A DNA stretch of 64,000 nucleotides from an uncultured Chloroflexia bacterium. Its GTDB lineage: Bacteria; Chloroflexota; Limnocylindria; QHBO01. Shown here piece by piece: positions 50,405 to 63,205 of the stretch (positions within the stretch are counted from its first letter, which is position 1; each line of letters opens with the position of its first letter). The stretch is from positions 1,314 through 65,313 of the forward strand of contig CAVWZA010000019.1 in NCBI GenBank assembly GCA_963759405.1, given 5' to 3'. The translations under genes were made by a program, and so were the position numbers. The notes below the pieces were generated by a model, which had not been told where the DNA came from, made no database searches, and saw nothing but the letters and a program-made list of their open reading frames with translations.

Positions 50405-51451
50405 ATGCGGGCGTCGAACGGCCGGGCCACGCTGGAGCAGGTCGCCGAGGCCGCGAGGGTCTCACGCGCGACCGCCTCTCGGGTCGTCAACGGCGATCGG
50501 CGTGTCGGCGGCTCCGCTCGAACCGCCGTGGAGACCGCCATCCAGGAGCTGCGCTACGTCCCAAATCACGCGGCCCGCAGCCTGGTCACGCGACGCAGCG
50601 ACTCGGTTGCGGTGGTGATCCCGGAGCCCACGGCACAGCTCTTCGGTGACCCCTTCTTTCCACGCGTGGTGCGCGGCATCAGCGAGGCGCTCGATGCAGA
50701 GGGGATGCAGCTCGTCCTCCTGATGCCACAGGCCCGGGCGGACGAGGATCGCGTCGAGCGGTACCTGGCTGCTGGGCACGGCGACGGCGTGCTGCTCATC
50801 TCGCTCCACGGATCCGACCCGCTGCCGGATAGCCTCCGCCGCCACGGCATCCCGTTCGTCGTCGGTGGTCGGCCCGCGAGCGCCGGCAGCCCGTACGTCG
50901 ACGTCGACAACCGGGCGGGGGCGGGCGCGGCCGTGCAGCATCTGCTCGATGGCCATCGACGGCGGATCGCGACGATCGCCGGCCCGCAGGACATGGCCCC
51001 GGGTGCCGATCGCCTCGCGGGCTACCGCGAGCGGCTGGAGGCCGCGGGCAGCCCCAGCCACGACCTTGTCGAGATCGCAGACTTCACGCTCGAGGGCGGG
51101 CACATGGCCATGGAGCGCCTTCTCGCTCGCGCGCCGACGATCGACGCCGTCTTCGTCGCATCGGATCTCATGGCGGTGGGCGCACTTGTTGCGCTGCGCG
51201 CCGCGGGCCGGGCGGTTCCCGGTGATGTGGCCGTGGTCGGCTTCGACGACTCGCCGCTGGCGGGTACGACACAGCCACTCCTCTCGAGCGTGCGGCAACC
51301 AATCGAGGAGATGGGCCGCGAGATGACGCGGCTGCTCATGCAGGAGATCCGGTCTCCGGGTGGCGCGCCGCGACGCGTGATCCTCGAGACGCAGCTGGTG
51401 GTTCGGGACTCGAGCGCCGGCGTCACGGGAGGTGGTGCCGCAGGCAGCTAG
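50405..51451 (+). CDS. LacI family transcriptional regulator (CebR/CelR-like)
   Basis: HTH TLEQVAEAARVSRATASRVVNG plus a periplasmic-binding-protein-like sugar-binding core. Confidence 0.9.
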   Translation: MRASNGRATLEQVAEAARVSRATASRVVNGDRRVGGSARTAVETAIQELRYVPNHAARSLVTRRSDSVAVVIPEPTAQLFGDPFFPRVVRGISEALDAEGMQLVLLMPQARADEDRVERYLAAGHGDGVLLISLHGSDPLPDSLRRHGIPFVVGGRPASAGSPYVDVDNRAGAGAAVQHLLDGHRRRIATIAGPQDMAPGADRLAGYRERLEAAGSPSHDLVEIADFTLEGGHMAMERLLARAPTIDAVFVASDLMAVGALVALRAAGRAVPGDVAVVGFDDSPLAGTTQPLLSSVRQPIEEMGREMTRLLMQEIRSPGGAPRRVILETQLVVRDSSAGVTGGGAAGS

Positions 51452-51459
51452 GCCATCTC

Positions 51460-51473
51460 CGAACGAGCGTTCC
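51460..51473. promoter_or_regulatory. GAAC-N4-GTTC palindrome (LexA-box-like, or an unrelated operator)
   Basis: CGAACGAGCGTTCC, 22 nt upstream of ATG 51495. Confidence 0.25.
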
Positions 51474-51494
51474 TGGCACGGGAGAGGAAGAGGC

Positions 51495-51785
51495 ATGAAT
51501 CGACCGAATCTCATCCTTCGCAGACACGGCGCAATGACCTTCGAGCTCGGGTACTTCCAGGATGGCGTGTGGGTCGACCACCGCGCCGCGGATCGGGCGG
51601 GCGCCCGCGACCCCGTCGACGAAGACCTGCGCGGGCACGACGCCGACCCGATCGACACCATCCACCAGTGGTTCTCCTGCTGCGCCGACACGGACGAGCC
51701 GGAGATTGCCATCGCAGATCCGGCCGGCGCCGTCCCGGCGGTGGGAATCGCCCTCCAGACAGTCGCCGCTACAGCTCAGCGGTGA
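51495..51785 (+). CDS. hypothetical 96-aa protein, translationally coupled to the GH1 gene
   Basis: ATG preceded by GGAGAGGAAGAGG. High GC3. Its stop overlaps the GH1 GTG (GTGA). No family recognised. Confidence 0.45.
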   Translation: MNRPNLILRRHGAMTFELGYFQDGVWVDHRAADRAGARDPVDEDLRGHDADPIDTIHQWFSCCADTDEPEIAIADPAGAVPAVGIALQTVAATAQR

Positions 51786-53165
51786 CGTCGTCCCAGACTG
51801 GTTCAGCACCCGCCCTGCGAGCACTTGGAGAGCGCTTCCCACCCGAATTTGCGTGGGGCGCGGCAGCCGCCGCCTACCAGGTCGAAGGTTCGGTGGACCT
51901 CGATGGACGCGGCGCGAGCATCTGGGACACGTTCAGCCACACGCCGGGCCGGATCGTCAACGACGAGACCGGCGACGTCGCGTGCGACCACTACCGGCGA
52001 TGGGGCGACGACCTCGACCTCATGGCCGAGATGGGCCTGCGGGCCTATCGCTTCAGCGTCTCGTGGCCACGCGTTCAACCGGGCGGTTCGGGCAGCGGCA
52101 ACCAGGCCGGCCTGGACTTCTACGACCGCCTCGTCGACGGGCTGCTGGATCGCGGGATCGAGCCGTGGCTGACCCTCTACCACTGGGACCTGCCACAGCA
52201 GCTCGAGGACCGCGGAGGCTGGCTTGAGCCGGAGATCGTCGATCGGTTCGCCGACTACGCGGCCCTCGTGGCGCGCCGCCTCGGTGACCGTGTCACCTCC
52301 TGGATCACGCTCAACGAGCCACGGACGTTCACGCAGATGGGCTACGGCACGGGTGAGCATGCGCCCGGCCGTCGCGGGTGGGCCAATGCGCTGCGTGCCG
52401 CGCATCACACGCACCTCGCCCACGCCGCCGCCACGGCCGCGCATTCGCGCCGCGGTGCCGGATGCGCGGGTCGGGATCGCCCATGACATCGCTCATCTCG
52501 AACCCGGCGGCGAGGGCTCCGCGGATCTCGAAGCCCTCGTCCGCTACGACGGCGCCATGCATCGCTGGTTCCTGGACCCGACCTTCGGTCGTGGATATCC
52601 GGCCGACCTGGTCGATTGGTACGACCGGCTCGGGATGCTCGACGGGCTCGACCTGTCAGCGGTGGCGAACCCGCCGCCGCTCGACTTCCTTGCCGTGAAC
52701 TACTACCGGCGCGAGCGCATCGTCGCCGCGCCGCCGCAAGCGGAGTGGGGGATCGGGGCGGTCGTGCTCGAGGCGGCCGGCGACCGGACCGCGAACGGGT
52801 GGGAGATCCATCCGGACGGGCTGCGTGCCGCCCTCGCACGCGTTACGCGGGACTACCGCCCGCCCGCCATCGCCATCACCGAGAACGGGGCGGCCTTCGA
52901 GGACGTGGTCGGCGACGACGGGTCGGTCGAGGATGCCGAGCGGCTGCGCTACCTCGCCTCGCACCTCGAGGCCGCGGCAGCCGCGATCGCGGAGGGCGTG
53001 CCGCTCATCGGGTACTTCGCCTGGTCGCTGCTCGACAACTTCGAGTGGGCCATGGGCTACGGCACCCGCTTCGGCATCGTGCACGTCGACTTCGCGACGC
53101 AGCGACGGACCCTCAAGGCAAGCGGCCAGTGGTACCGGGCACTGCTGGCTGCCGCAGCACCCTGA
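51782..53165 (+). CDS. glycoside hydrolase family 1 beta-glucosidase; one frame break
   Basis: ..FAWGAAAAAYQVEG.., acid/base TLNEP, nucleophile ITENG, ..WSLLDNFEW... ORFs 51569.. and 52224.. join at ~52441. Confidence 0.9.
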
Positions 53166-53187
53166 ATGAACGAGAAGGAGCTATATC

Positions 53188-54501
53188 GTGCATTCCCGAA
53201 CCAGACGGCGGCTCATGGTGGTGTTGGGCGTCGGGTTTCTGCTCGGTGCGCTGGCGACCCCGGCGCTCGGTGGTGACATCGACCCCGATACGGAGTTCGC
53301 AGTGGCCCGGCCAAACCACGGCGCGATCGAGCAGATCGCCGACCTTCGCTCCAGTGGCGACTCCGCCGATGCGGCTCTCATCAGGGCCATGATCCAAACA
53401 CCGCACGCCGAGTGGTACACGCAGGGCACGCCGAAGAGCGTGAAGCAGGACGTTCGTAATGACGTGAATCGGGCCGCCGACAAGGGCACCGTGCCCGTCC
53501 TGGTCGCCTACAACATCCCATTCCGTGACTGCGCCCAGTTCAGCGCCGGCGGTGCGACGAGCGTCGCGGAGTACGAGGCCTGGATCGACGGGTTCGCGGC
53601 CGGCATCGGCAGCCACGAGGTCGTCGTGATCCTCGAGCCGGACGGGCTCGGGATCATCCCGCACTACGACCCGTACGCGGGCGCCGACGGCAGCAGCACG
53701 CCGGAATGGTGCCAACCCGCGGAGGCGAATGCGGCGACGGCCGCGGCCGACCGCTTCGCGATGCTCAACTACGCGGTCGACGCTCTCAAGGCGCATCCGA
53801 ACGCGCGGGTCTATCTCGATGGCACGCACAGCGCATGGCTCGGCGTTGGCGACATCGCCCATCGCCTGCATCAGGCGGGCGTCGAGCGCGCCGACGGCTT
53901 CTACCTCAACGCGTCCAACTACCAGTTCACGACCAACTCCGTCCAATACGGAACGTGGATCTCGAGCTGCCTCGCCGGCGCGAGCACGCCCGAGCAGTTC
54001 TTCGGGTGTCCGAACCAGTACTGGAACGGCGGGCCGCTGCCGGCAAAGATCGCCGTCCTGCTGGGCGAGTGGACCGGCGTGGCGCTCAGCCCGTACGGCG
54101 AGTGGAGCGACGAGAGCGACGACCCGACGCTCAACACATCAGGGCTGAACCTTCGCTACTCGGGCGCACAGCCGACCACCCATTTCGTGGTCGACACCAG
54201 CCGCAATGGGCTCGGTCCGTGGCTGCCGCCGGCGGACCGCCCCGCGGGTGATCCGCAGGACTGGTGCAACCCGCCCGATCGTGGCCTGGGTCTCCTCCCC
54301 ACCGCTGACACGGGCGATGCCCTGGTGGATGCCTATGTGTGGATCAAGACGCCGGGGGAGTCGGACGGCCAGTGCAATCGCTGGGCTGCGCCGGGATCGC
54401 CAGATCCGGTTCGCGGCATCGTCAATCCACCCGCCGGGGCGTGGTTCCCGGAGCAGGCGCTGGAGCTCGCGATACTGGCGAACCCGCCGCTGAACGACTA
54501 G
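53188..54501 (+). CDS. glycoside hydrolase family 6 cellulase (secreted)
   Basis: Signal peptide, ..VLVAYNIPFRDCAQFSAGG.., ..ILEPDGLG.., ..VVDTSRNG.., ..YVWIKTPGESDG... GTG start behind AAGGAG. Confidence 0.85.
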   Translation: MHSRTRRRLMVVLGVGFLLGALATPALGGDIDPDTEFAVARPNHGAIEQIADLRSSGDSADAALIRAMIQTPHAEWYTQGTPKSVKQDVRNDVNRAADKGTVPVLVAYNIPFRDCAQFSAGGATSVAEYEAWIDGFAAGIGSHEVVVILEPDGLGIIPHYDPYAGADGSSTPEWCQPAEANAATAAADRFAMLNYAVDALKAHPNARVYLDGTHSAWLGVGDIAHRLHQAGVERADGFYLNASNYQFTTNSVQYGTWISSCLAGASTPEQFFGCPNQYWNGGPLPAKIAVLLGEWTGVALSPYGEWSDESDDPTLNTSGLNLRYSGAQPTTHFVVDTSRNGLGPWLPPADRPAGDPQDWCNPPDRGLGLLPTADTGDALVDAYVWIKTPGESDGQCNRWAAPGSPDPVRGIVNPPAGAWFPEQALELAILANPPLND

Positions 54502-54515
54502 TCCATCCGACACCG

Positions 54516-54553
54516 CCGCCGCAGCCCGTCTCCTCCACGACGGGTTGCGGCGG
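54516..54553 (+). terminator. stem-loop terminator candidate after the GH6 gene
   Basis: CCGCCGCAGCCCGTC-tcctccac-GACGGGTTGCGGCGG: 14 of 15 stem positions pair. It is followed by a weakly T-containing tract (gttggtttcc). Confidence 0.55.
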
Positions 54554-54644
54554 AGGACCCGGCGGGAGTTGGTTTCCTGCCGAGTGCTGTCATGTTTGGG
54601 CCTCACCATCGGCGGCGATGACGTGGGAGCCGGCGCCGCTGAAA

Positions 54645-54660
54645 GCGAACAGGCGTTCGC
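54645..54660. promoter_or_regulatory. LexA (SOS) box upstream of uvrA
   Basis: GCGAAC-AGGC-GTTCGC contains a perfect CGAAC-N4-GTTCG (Cheo-box / actinobacterial type). It lies 18 nt upstream of a TACGAT -10-like box (54678..54683) and 33 nt upstream of ATG 54693. Confidence 0.7.
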
Positions 54661-54692
54661 ATCTGCTCGGTTCCTGCTACGATGACGATCCG

Positions 54693-57639
<2,947 letters not shown>

Positions 57640-57642
57640 CCC

Positions 57643-59289
57643 TCAGGTGGCGGCATGGCCGTAACCCATCTCCGCCAGAAACGGAGATGGGCGCGACGGA
57701 TCGAACGCCAGGATGAGCTGCCGAGTCGCGCGGGTGACGGCGACATAGGCAAGGCGCCGCTCCTCCTCGAGGGCCCGCTCGGGCTCTTCGGCATCGATCA
57801 GCGAGCGCCGATTCGGGATTCGGTCGGCTTCGAAGCCGATGAGCACCACCGTCTCCCACTCGCGTCCCTTCGAGGCGTGGACGGTCGCCAGCTCGACCGT
57901 GGCCGATGGATCGCGAAGGGCCGCGACCCGCGCCCGGGCCGCGTCGTAGGCGGCGACGAAGGCGTCGAGGCGGGCGAAGCCGGCCGTCCAGCCGAGCAGG
58001 GCATCGAGCGCGGCGTGATCTTCGTCGCCGAGATGATCCGATGCGGGGTTGTCACGTGACCAGCCGCGGCCGATCCGAAGCCTCCGCAGGACATGGAAGG
58101 GATGCTCTGGTGTCTCGACGCCGCGCGCATCGTCGATCAGCGCGACGACGCGCTCCGACTCGACGATGGGCGGAATCGCCGTGGTGTGCCGGACGCCGGC
58201 ATGGACCAGCGCCAGCAGGATCGGCGTCAGCTCGCCACGGGTGCGCGACAGGAAGCAGAGGCTGCGGCCGGCGGCCCCCTCGACGGCCGCAAGCCGGGCG
58301 ACGCCATCGGCCCAGCTCGGATCGGCGGTGTTCCAGGCCGTGATCGCAGCGCCGGTCGATGGTGCTCCCGCGGGGGCACGGATCGGCTTGGTGAAGCGTT
58401 CGCGGTTGACGGCGACCATGCGCGCCGAGGCCGCGACGACCGACGGAGGGCACCGGTAGTTCGTCGCCAGCATCACGCGGCGCGCCGCCGGGTAGTCGGT
58501 TCCGAAGCGCAGGATCCGTCGGACGTCGGCGAGCCGCCAGGCGTAGATCGTCTGGTCGTCGTCACCGACCACGAACAGGTTGTCCTCCGGCGCGGCGAGG
58601 AGACGAACGAGCCGTAGCTGCGCCGCATCCACGTCCTGGAACTCGTCGACGCAGACGTGGCTGAAGCGCGTCTGCCACCGGAGGCGGAGCCGCGCATCGG
58701 TCTCGAGAAGGTCACAGGCGCGCACGACGAGATCGTCGAAGTCGACCGCCCCGCGGACGCTGAGGAGGTCGGCATACGCCTCGAGCACGATGCGGGCGTC
58801 CTCGGGCGGAGGTCGGCCCTCGATCTTCCAGGCCGAGAGCCACGTGTCGAGCTGCGGCGCTTCCGGCAACGCCGCGGATGGCGCGTCGGCCAGCACGCGC
58901 CGGCGGGCACTTCGCAGCAGCGGCAGCCGATCGGCGACGATCCGTTGGCCCTCGCCGGCATCGAGAAGGACCTGGCGCGCGAGCGCGTGCAGCGTTCGAA
59001 CCTCGATCGAGGTGGCGGCCGGGACCCAGGCACCGAGGCGCCGCTCGACGCGTGCCGCAAGGTCGGCTGCGGCGTCGCGGTTGAAGGTCACGACGCAGAT
59101 CCGGTCGGGCTGAACGCCGCGAGAGAGCAGGACCGCGAGCCGGGCGACCATCGTGGTCGTCTTGCCGCTGCCGGCCGGCGCGATGATCTGGGCCGGTCCG
59201 TCGGGCAGGGTCGCCGCCGCGCGCTGCTCCGGGTCGAGCGCATCCAGGATCGGGTCGAGCGCGGACGTTTCGAGGACCTGGAGAGCCAT
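57643..59289 (-). CDS. UvrD/PcrA-family superfamily-1 DNA helicase (short, 548 aa)
   Basis: Walker A APAGSGKTT, motif II VDEFQD, ..VVGDDDQTIYAWR.., C-terminal ..LATVHASKGREW..RRLAYVAVTRA... Confidence 0.85.
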   Translation of the reverse strand: MALQVLETSALDPILDALDPEQRAAATLPDGPAQIIAPAGSGKTTTMVARLAVLLSRGVQPDRICVVTFNRDAAADLAARVERRLGAWVPAATSIEVRTLHALARQVLLDAGEGQRIVADRLPLLRSARRRVLADAPSAALPEAPQLDTWLSAWKIEGRPPPEDARIVLEAYADLLSVRGAVDFDDLVVRACDLLETDARLRLRWQTRFSHVCVDEFQDVDAAQLRLVRLLAAPEDNLFVVGDDDQTIYAWRLADVRRILRFGTDYPAARRVMLATNYRCPPSVVAASARMVAVNRERFTKPIRAPAGAPSTGAAITAWNTADPSWADGVARLAAVEGAAGRSLCFLSRTRGELTPILLALVHAGVRHTTAIPPIVESERVVALIDDARGVETPEHPFHVLRRLRIGRGWSRDNPASDHLGDEDHAALDALLGWTAGFARLDAFVAAYDAARARVAALRDPSATVELATVHASKGREWETVVLIGFEADRIPNRRSLIDAEEPERALEEERRLAYVAVTRATRQLILAFDPSRPSPFLAEMGYGHAAT

Positions 59290-59409
59290 CGGCCCATGAT
59301 CGCCAGAGCGCCTTACCGGGCGCTCACCGGCGGCTTACCGGCCGAGGCCGTATCCTGTCCGGCGCCGCCCCCGCCCGACCGAGGACCCAGCCACACCGAT
59401 GATCCACGC

Positions 59410-60592
59410 GTGAGACGCCAGGCACAGTACGCCCGCGACGACGACACCGTGCCCTACGACCGAGATCTGATCCGGTCAGGCGGCGCCTCCCGTCGAGGCG
59501 ATCGGCGCAGGCAGGCATCCGGGCCGCCGCGTCGCCGGTCGTCACCGAGGCGGCGTCGCCGCTCCTTCGGCAGGACCCTGCGGACGATCCTGCTGCTCGC
59601 GCTGGTTGCCCTGCTGGTCGGCGGCGTCCTTCTCTTCCTCCGCGCGGCGAGCTTCAACGCGGCCGTCTCGAGCGCCCCATTTCCCGTCGACGGCACTCCT
59701 CTGGGACCTGAACGGCAGCGAGCGCGTCAACGTGCTGATGGTCGGATACGGCGGTGGTGACCACGATGGGCCCTACCTCGCCGACTCCATCCAGATCCTG
59801 TCGATCGACCCGGCCACCGACACGACGACCACGGTCCCCATCCCACGCGACCTGTGGCTCGAGGGGGTCGCCGCGTTTGCGCAGAACGGCAAGGTCAACG
59901 AGGTCTACTCGGTGGGCCACGGCGCGGTCGAGGGCGATGAAGCCGCTCGGCTCGACAACGCCGGCGACCTCATGGCGGAGGCCCTCTCCGAGGTGACCGG
60001 GCTCGAGATCGACCACTGGCTGGCGATCGACTTCACGGGCTTCGAGGAGATGGTGGACGCCGTCGGCGGCGTGACGGTGAACAACCCGGTCGCCTTCGAC
60101 TACACCACGATCGAGCAGTTCCACCGCGAGGGCCGATGGGAGATGGGCGGTTTCGCGGCCGGCGAGATTCAGCTCGACGGCGCGGAGGCGCTCGCCTACG
60201 CGCGGGCTCGCTACACGAGCGTCGTCGCCGAGTCGAACGACTTCGCGCGATCGGTCCGCCAGGCCCGCATCCTCGGCGCGCTTCGCACCAAGCTCGGCGA
60301 GGGCGGCATCGGCGCGATCCTTCCCGGGTTGAGCCTGATGGACGCGATGGAGGACCGAATTCGGACGGACATGTCGGCGATCGACCTGTTCCTGCTCTCC
60401 TCGCATCTCGCGAGCGACCGGCGCGTGGAGCTCACCGAGGACGTGGCGCTGACGGCGACCACCAACACCATCGGCCAGTACATCCTCATCCCGACCGGCT
60501 GGTCCGGGCCGGGTGACTACGGCCGGCTCCAGGCGTACATCGCAGCCGAGCTTGCGAAGCCCGTGGAGCCCGTCGCTTCCGATGCGCCGTAG
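59410..60592 (+). CDS. LCP (LytR-CpsA-Psr) family cell-envelope phosphotransferase; one frame break
   Basis: Arg-rich cytoplasmic tail, [20 protein letters not shown] (frame of ORF 58657..), then ..[40 protein letters not shown].. (ORF 59606..). Break at ~59690. The start is uncertain (59297-59410). Confidence 0.75.
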
Positions 60593-61093
60593 GCGGAGGC
60601 TCCGGGCGGCCGACCTTCCGCGGCTCGTCATCGGCGGCGCGGTCGCATTCGCCGGGCTGTTCGGTGGCCGCTATGGCCGCATCGAAGGAGCGCATGTCCT
60701 TGCCACCGATGCGGAGGGACGCATCCTGGTGGTGCGCACCACCTACCTCGGTCCCGGCTGGATGCTGCCGGGGGGCCGGGTCGAGCGCGGCGAGACGCCA
60801 CACGCGGCAGCCGTCCGGGAGACGCTCGAGGAGACCGGTCTCGCACGTCCGCGTCGAGCGGCTGGTCCTCGTCGACGCGCACCGCGCCAGCGACGTGAGC
60901 TTCGTGTTCCGCGGCCACGTCGAGGGCGGGGAGCTGGAGCCGCAGTTCGGCGAGATCGCCGAGGCGGGATGGGTCGATCGCGACGAGATCGCCCGTACGT
61001 CCCCGCGGCTTCATCGGCTCCTGGAGCTGATCGACCGGGCAGACGGGGGAGTCGGCGTACCTGGGACATCGAGACGCCCCTCACGCCGCCTGA
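60582..61093 (+). CDS. NUDIX hydrolase; two frame breaks
   Basis: Nudix box [23 protein letters not shown]. It continues in ORF 60664.. (..[24 protein letters not shown]..). Breaks at ~60843 and in the G run at 61045-61049. The corrected tail ..[17 protein letters not shown] ends at TGA 61091-61093. Confidence 0.7.
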
Positions 61094-61117
61094 GGCTCGG
61101 AAGCGGCGACGCACGCC

Positions 61118-61123
61118 TAGAAT
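61118..61123 (+). promoter_or_regulatory. -10-like box TAGAAT, 6 nt upstream of ATG 61130 (uvrC; leaderless-type layout)
   Basis: gccTAGAATCGGtcaATGagc. Confidence 0.45.
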
Positions 61124-61129
61124 CGGTCA

Positions 61130-63080
61130 ATGAGCCCTCAGCGCGAGCTCCCGGCACCGCTGCGTGCCGTGCTGCGACGCCTGCCGACGACCCCCGGCGT
61201 GTACCTGATGAAGAACGCGTCGGGTCGGGTCCTGTACGTCGGCAAGGCGGACTCGCTGCGCGGCCGCGTCGCGTCGTACTTCGGCGCGCGCGGCCCGGAG
61301 GACGCGCGGATCGTCCGGATGGTGACCGAGGTCGCCGACGTCGAGTACATCGTGACCGACACGGTCAGCGAGGCGTATCTCCTCGAGAGCAACCTGATCA
61401 AGGAGCACCGCCCGCGCTTCAACATCCGGCTGCGCGACGACAAGAGCTACCCGTTCGTGAAGATCACGCTCGGCGAGGACTTCCCCCGCATCGTGCGGAC
61501 CCGGCGGCTCGTTCGCGACGGGAGCCGCTACTTCGGCCCGTACGCGTCCGCCTCGAGCGTCGACGAGACACTCAAGCTGCTCCGCAAGATCTTCCCGTTC
61601 CGGACCTGCAACCTCGACATCCCTGAAGGGAAGCGGGTGCTCGAGCGGCCATGCCTGCTGTACTACATCAACCGATGCCAGGGCCCGTGCATCGAGGCGA
61701 TTCCCAAGCCGGACTACCGCGAGACGATCGGGCAGATCGTCGACTTCCTGGACGGCAAGCAGGAGCCGATCGCGGCCCAGCTGCGCAGCGAGATGGCAGG
61801 GCACAGCGACGCGCTGCGCTACGAGCAGGCGGCGACCACGCGCGACAAGCTGCGCGCCGTCGAGCGCACGATGGAGCAGCAGAAGATGGCGGCCTTCAGC
61901 CGCGCCGAGCACGACGTGATCGGCATGGCGCGCGAGGAGGACGAGGCCTGCATCCAGGTCATGCAGGTGCGCATCGGGAAGCTGATCGGCCGCGAGCACT
62001 TCATCGTCGAGGGCGCGCGCGACGTCACCGATGCCGAGGTGCTCGGATCGTTCCTGCAGCAGTACTACGCCAGCACCGATGCCGTCCCGCGTGCGCTGCT
62101 CACGCCGCTGATGCCGGCCGATGCCGACGACCTGGCCGCGTACCTCGCCGACCGACGCGGCGTCCAGGTCACGATCTCGGTACCGGAGCGCGGCGAGAAG
62201 CGGCGGCTGGTGGCGCTGGCGACCGGCAACGCCGTCGAGGCGCTGGCGCGCGAGCGGGCCGAATGGCTTGCCGATACCGCCAAGCGCGACGAGGCCCTCA
62301 ACGACCTTGCGTCCGAGCTCGGGCTGTCGCGCGTTCCCGAGCGCATCGAGTGCTACGACATGAGCAACATCCAGGGCACCAGCGCGGTCGGCAGCATGGT
62401 CGTCTTCATCGATGGCAGGCCCGAGCCGAAGGAGTACCGACGATTCCGGATCCGATCCGGCGATACCCCCGACGACTTCCGGATGATGGCCGAGGTCCTG
62501 CGCCGGCGATTCAGCCGGGTTGCGAAGCTGCGGTCGGAGACCGGCGCCCTCTCGCTGGCCGCGGTCGGGGCCGACGAGGCACCCGAAGAGCTCGAGACCG
62601 AGGAGGGGGAGCGACCGCGCGAGCAGGCCTGGGCGGTCCCGGACCTGGTGATCGTCGACGGCGGAAAGGGACAGCTGTCGGCGGCGGTGGGAGTCATGAA
62701 CGAGCTCGGCGATCACCGACGTTCCGCTCACCGGCCTCGCCAAGCGGTTCGAGGAGCTCTACCTGCCGGGCCGATCCGATCCGGTCGTGCTTCCGCGCCG
62801 GTCGCAGGCGCTCTACCTGGTGCAGCGCATCCGCGACGAGGCGCATCGGTTCGCGATCACCTACCACCGCGACGTGCGCGGCAAGCGCGCGCTGCGCAGC
62901 GAGCTGGACGAGATCGCCGGGATCGGGCCCGGCCGCAAGAAGGCGCTGCTCAAGCGCTTCGGCTCGGTTCGTCGGATCCGCGAGGCATCGGTGGACGAGG
63001 TGGCGGCGACGCCCGGGATCAGCCGCGACCTGGCGGAGCGGCTCAAGGGGCACCTGGCTCGCGAGGGGATGCTGGCCTGA
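61130..63080 (+). CDS. uvrC: excinuclease ABC subunit C; one frame break
   Basis: [28 protein letters not shown] domain ..[12 protein letters not shown].., endonuclease/RNase-H-like part. C-terminal (HhH)2 [18 protein letters not shown] comes from ORF 62787... An extra base at ~62711 causes the break. Confidence 0.95.
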
Positions 63081-63119
63081 TCGGTGCTCCTCACGGATGT
63101 GGGTATACTGGCGCCGCCC

Positions 63120-63138
63120 GCCGCTAAGAAAGCGGCGC
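63120..63138 (+). terminator. short stem-loop after uvrC (terminator or secD leader structure)
   Basis: CGCCGCT-aagaa-AGCGGCG followed by cgtttcgtg. A TATACT hexamer lies just upstream at 63105..63110. Confidence 0.35.
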
Positions 63139-63205
63139 GTTTCGTGTCCGAGCCACACCACGCCGGCGCGAGCTACCACACGATCGAGGATCCTTCGGCC
63201 ATACC

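Noticed and set aside
60664-61626. A 320-aa ORF running from the NUDIX gene into uvrC.
   Set aside because: It is read-through caused by an extra G in the run at 61045-61049. The corrected NUDIX frame stops at 61091-61093, and uvrC has its own TAGAAT box and ATG at 61130.
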